From: Patescibacteria group bacterium
Lineage (GTDB): Bacteria > Patescibacteriota > Minisyncoccia > Phycocordibacterales > Phycocordibacteraceae
Reading direction: 5' to 3'
Length of the DNA stretch: 64,000 nt
Assembly: GCA_019752595.1 (NCBI GenBank)
Contig: JAIELV010000001.1
Coordinates: forward strand, 553,209-617,208
Shown: positions 62,600-64,000 of the stretch, piece after piece
Layout: each line of letters begins with the position of its first letter
How positions within the stretch are numbered: position 1 is the stretch's first letter
The notes under the pieces: model-generated
The model's input: only the letters and a program-made list of their open reading frames with translations
Told to the model about the DNA's origin: nothing
Database searches by the model: none
Translations under genes and position numbers: made by a program

Positions 62600-63265
62600 T
62601 TACTGTGGGCGGAGATTTCGAAGTGTTGCTCCTGACCTCAGTGTAAACTCTCCTGGCGCGTGAATCGGTGTTATGTCCACTATGATGTTGACCGACACGG
62701 AGACGACCCGAGCGATCTCGGCACTCGAAGTCACTTCGGCGCCTGCGGCATCGTAGTAACGAAACAGAGAAATGTTGTCATCAAAATTTCTTACGTAATC
62801 TGAAACTGTTGACGTGGAAACTGCTCCTGTGTAGGTCGGTGGATTTCCTGTGGAGCTTCTGACAGTGCGCGTTAATCGCTGTCCCGATAAACGATACTGC
62901 ACTTGTTCAATTGGATTTGTTCTATCGACGTCTGCGTAAAACGTAATTGATGAGGACGCAATTGCGCCCAAAGGATACGCGCCGTTGTCACCATACGTTG
63001 CTTCGCGCAAATCGCGTATTAACACCTGCAATCCGCGCTCGGCGCTTCGAATCTGATAGGACTCTTCAAACGCCACGCGATTTGCGCGGTAAAAAACTAT
63101 AACGGACTGGGTAATAGCAACTGTAATAACAGCGACGATGCCGACCGTTACTACCACCTCAATCAAAGTCATGCCACGAAGGTGGCCTGCTCTGACGGCG
63201 CTCGGACGCCATGAGAACAAGTTCTCATGGCGCTCCTTGCTTGTCATAGTCATTCCTCTTTTCAT
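62600..63265 (-). CDS. Type IV pilin-like (minor pilin/pseudopilin) protein
   Basis: Class III signal and N-terminal helix RG-MTLIEVVVTVGIVAVITVAI (prepilin peptidase site G|MTLIE with Glu+5). The true start is possibly an internal Met. Confidence 0.65.
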   Translation of the reverse strand: MKRGMTMTSKERHENLFSWRPSAVRAGHLRGMTLIEVVVTVGIVAVITVAITQSVIVFYRANRVAFEESYQIRSAERGLQVLIRDLREATYGDNGAYPLGAIASSSITFYADVDRTNPIEQVQYRLSGQRLTRTVRSSTGNPPTYTGAVSTSTVSDYVRNFDDNISLFRYYDAAGAEVTSSAEIARVVSVSVNIIVDITPIHAPGEFTLRSGATLRNLRPQ

Positions 63266-63266
63266 A

Positions 63267-63947
63267 TCAGGATGCAGTAAGCGCTACTGATACAACCGTC
63301 GAACCTGTAACTGAAAGTGTTTCAACAGAATCTAAGTATCCTGGCGCAGAAACGGTGACAGTGTATGAACCAGCAGGTATCCCTCCGAAAAACGCTTGTC
63401 CGCACGCGGATGTTTGTTTGTTCTGATTTACCCCACCCACAATGGTGACCGTAGCATTTCCAATTTGCGCTCCATTTCCTATCGCAACAACACGAAGTGA
63501 ATTAGTTACCGCGTCCACCAACGTTACAGAAACCGAAAGGTCTGTATCGGGTGAAACGGATGGCGCAGGTACACACATCTCTGAAATCGTGTGGGGGGAC
63601 GCTGAAGGCAGAGAAATTGTATACAAATCGGCTTCAATCGGATCAATAATCCATTCTCCAAATTGCGTTGTGGTGTGCGATTCATCGTACTTATATAGAG
63701 GAGCACCCTGAGAAGAGACCCCGATTGTTTTTGCGCCGCGAATATCAAAATCGACGTCTGCTAACGGCGTCGGGCCTGCTGTATATGAAACACTCCAATC
63801 ACGTATCTCGGGCGTCACTCCTGCGTCACTTGAACTCAGTGCGGCTTGAAGTTTTAGTGTTCCATACGTTACAACGGAGAGCGCTGAAATATCGACGCTT
63901 CCACTCGTGAGCCCCGCACTGTTGCCAGGAATTTCAGAATCGGGCAC
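63267..63947 (-). CDS. Pilus-cluster secreted beta-rich protein, possibly 5'-truncated by the window end
   Basis: Ser/Thr/Val-rich repetitive beta-like sequence. Immediately upstream of the pilin-like gene, with a 1-nt gap. Confidence 0.4.
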   Translation of the reverse strand: MPDSEIPGNSAGLTSGSVDISALSVVTYGTLKLQAALSSSDAGVTPEIRDWSVSYTAGPTPLADVDFDIRGAKTIGVSSQGAPLYKYDESHTTTQFGEWIIDPIEADLYTISLPSASPHTISEMCVPAPSVSPDTDLSVSVTLVDAVTNSLRVVAIGNGAQIGNATVTIVGGVNQNKQTSACGQAFFGGIPAGSYTVTVSAPGYLDSVETLSVTGSTVVSVALTAS

Positions 63948-64000
63948 GAGTACATATGTCGACCCATTCCAATAATAGAGCGCTACTGTAGCGGTAGTAT

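Noticed and set aside
1-64000. CRISPR arrays and rRNA genes
   Set aside because: No direct-repeat/spacer periodicity and no rRNA-like conserved stretches were seen anywhere in the window. The only tandem repeats are the 21-nt units inside the His-rich gene.

Overview
This 64-kb window looks like a small bacterial genome, probably from the CPR/Patescibacteria radiation. The main evidence is a ribosomal superoperon with no rpmD (L30) between rpsE and rplO. Several r-proteins also carry Lys/Ala/Gly-rich terminal extensions, and a type IV pilin cluster and a split ComEC are present. That taxonomic placement is inference only.

Gene content by region:
- 1..4640: a 5'-truncated RND periplasmic adaptor with a His-rich tail, followed by a CusA/CzcA-family heavy-metal RND pump.
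- 4700..14300: tRNA-Ser(GCT), recG, and a three-gene hypothetical cluster. The cluster comprises an unknown protein, an ATPase-less FtsH-like M41 peptidase domain and a PhnN-like P-loop kinase. It is followed by a tRNA with anticodon TAT (Ile-UAU), an ArsC/LMW-PTP homologue, ftsH, and then smpB and tmRNA (ssrA).
- 14370..15650: infC-rpmI-rplT.
- 15700..27000: two secreted hypothetical proteins, a beta-CASP RNase J-like enzyme, an asparaginase-like protein, ndk, a 973-aa VirD4/TraD-like ATPase, a NUDIX hydrolase and suhB.
- 27245..47844 (minus strand): an almost complete str-S10-spc block: rpsL-rpsG-fusA-tuf-rpsJ-rplC-rplD-rplW-rplB-rpsS-rplV-rpsC-rplP-rpmC-rpsQ-rplN-rplX-rplE-rpsN-rpsH-rplF-rplR-rpsE-rplO-secY-gmk-adk-map.
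- 47950..64000: an M50 peptidase, a methyltransferase, two tandem paralogous small Cys/His proteins, rpmB, a ComEC split into an MBL part and a membrane part by an inserted sod plus His-repeat protein, rnhA, an AT-rich hypothetical gene, recJ, a HIT protein, pgk, tpiA, and a type IV pilin-like cluster at the window edge.

The most notable signals are:
1. An IS200-like tyrosine (Y1/HUH) transposase of the REP-associated (RAYT) kind lies antisense inside the S10 operon. It is flanked by palindromic REP units (GTGCTATACTTAGTATAGCAC), which recur as solitary copies elsewhere in the window.
2. A second palindromic element family (TTAGAAAATCTTAGACCCCGCCCTCT...AGAGGGCGGGG) sits in two r-protein intergenic spacers.
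3. Further orphan genes and long non-coding spacers break up the normally compact r-protein operons.
4. There are several long perfect palindromes, including a pair with permuted GGTAAC/GTTACC cores.
5. An 18-bp inverted repeat flanks a ~165-bp element between smpB and ssrA.

No CRISPR arrays or rRNA genes were seen.
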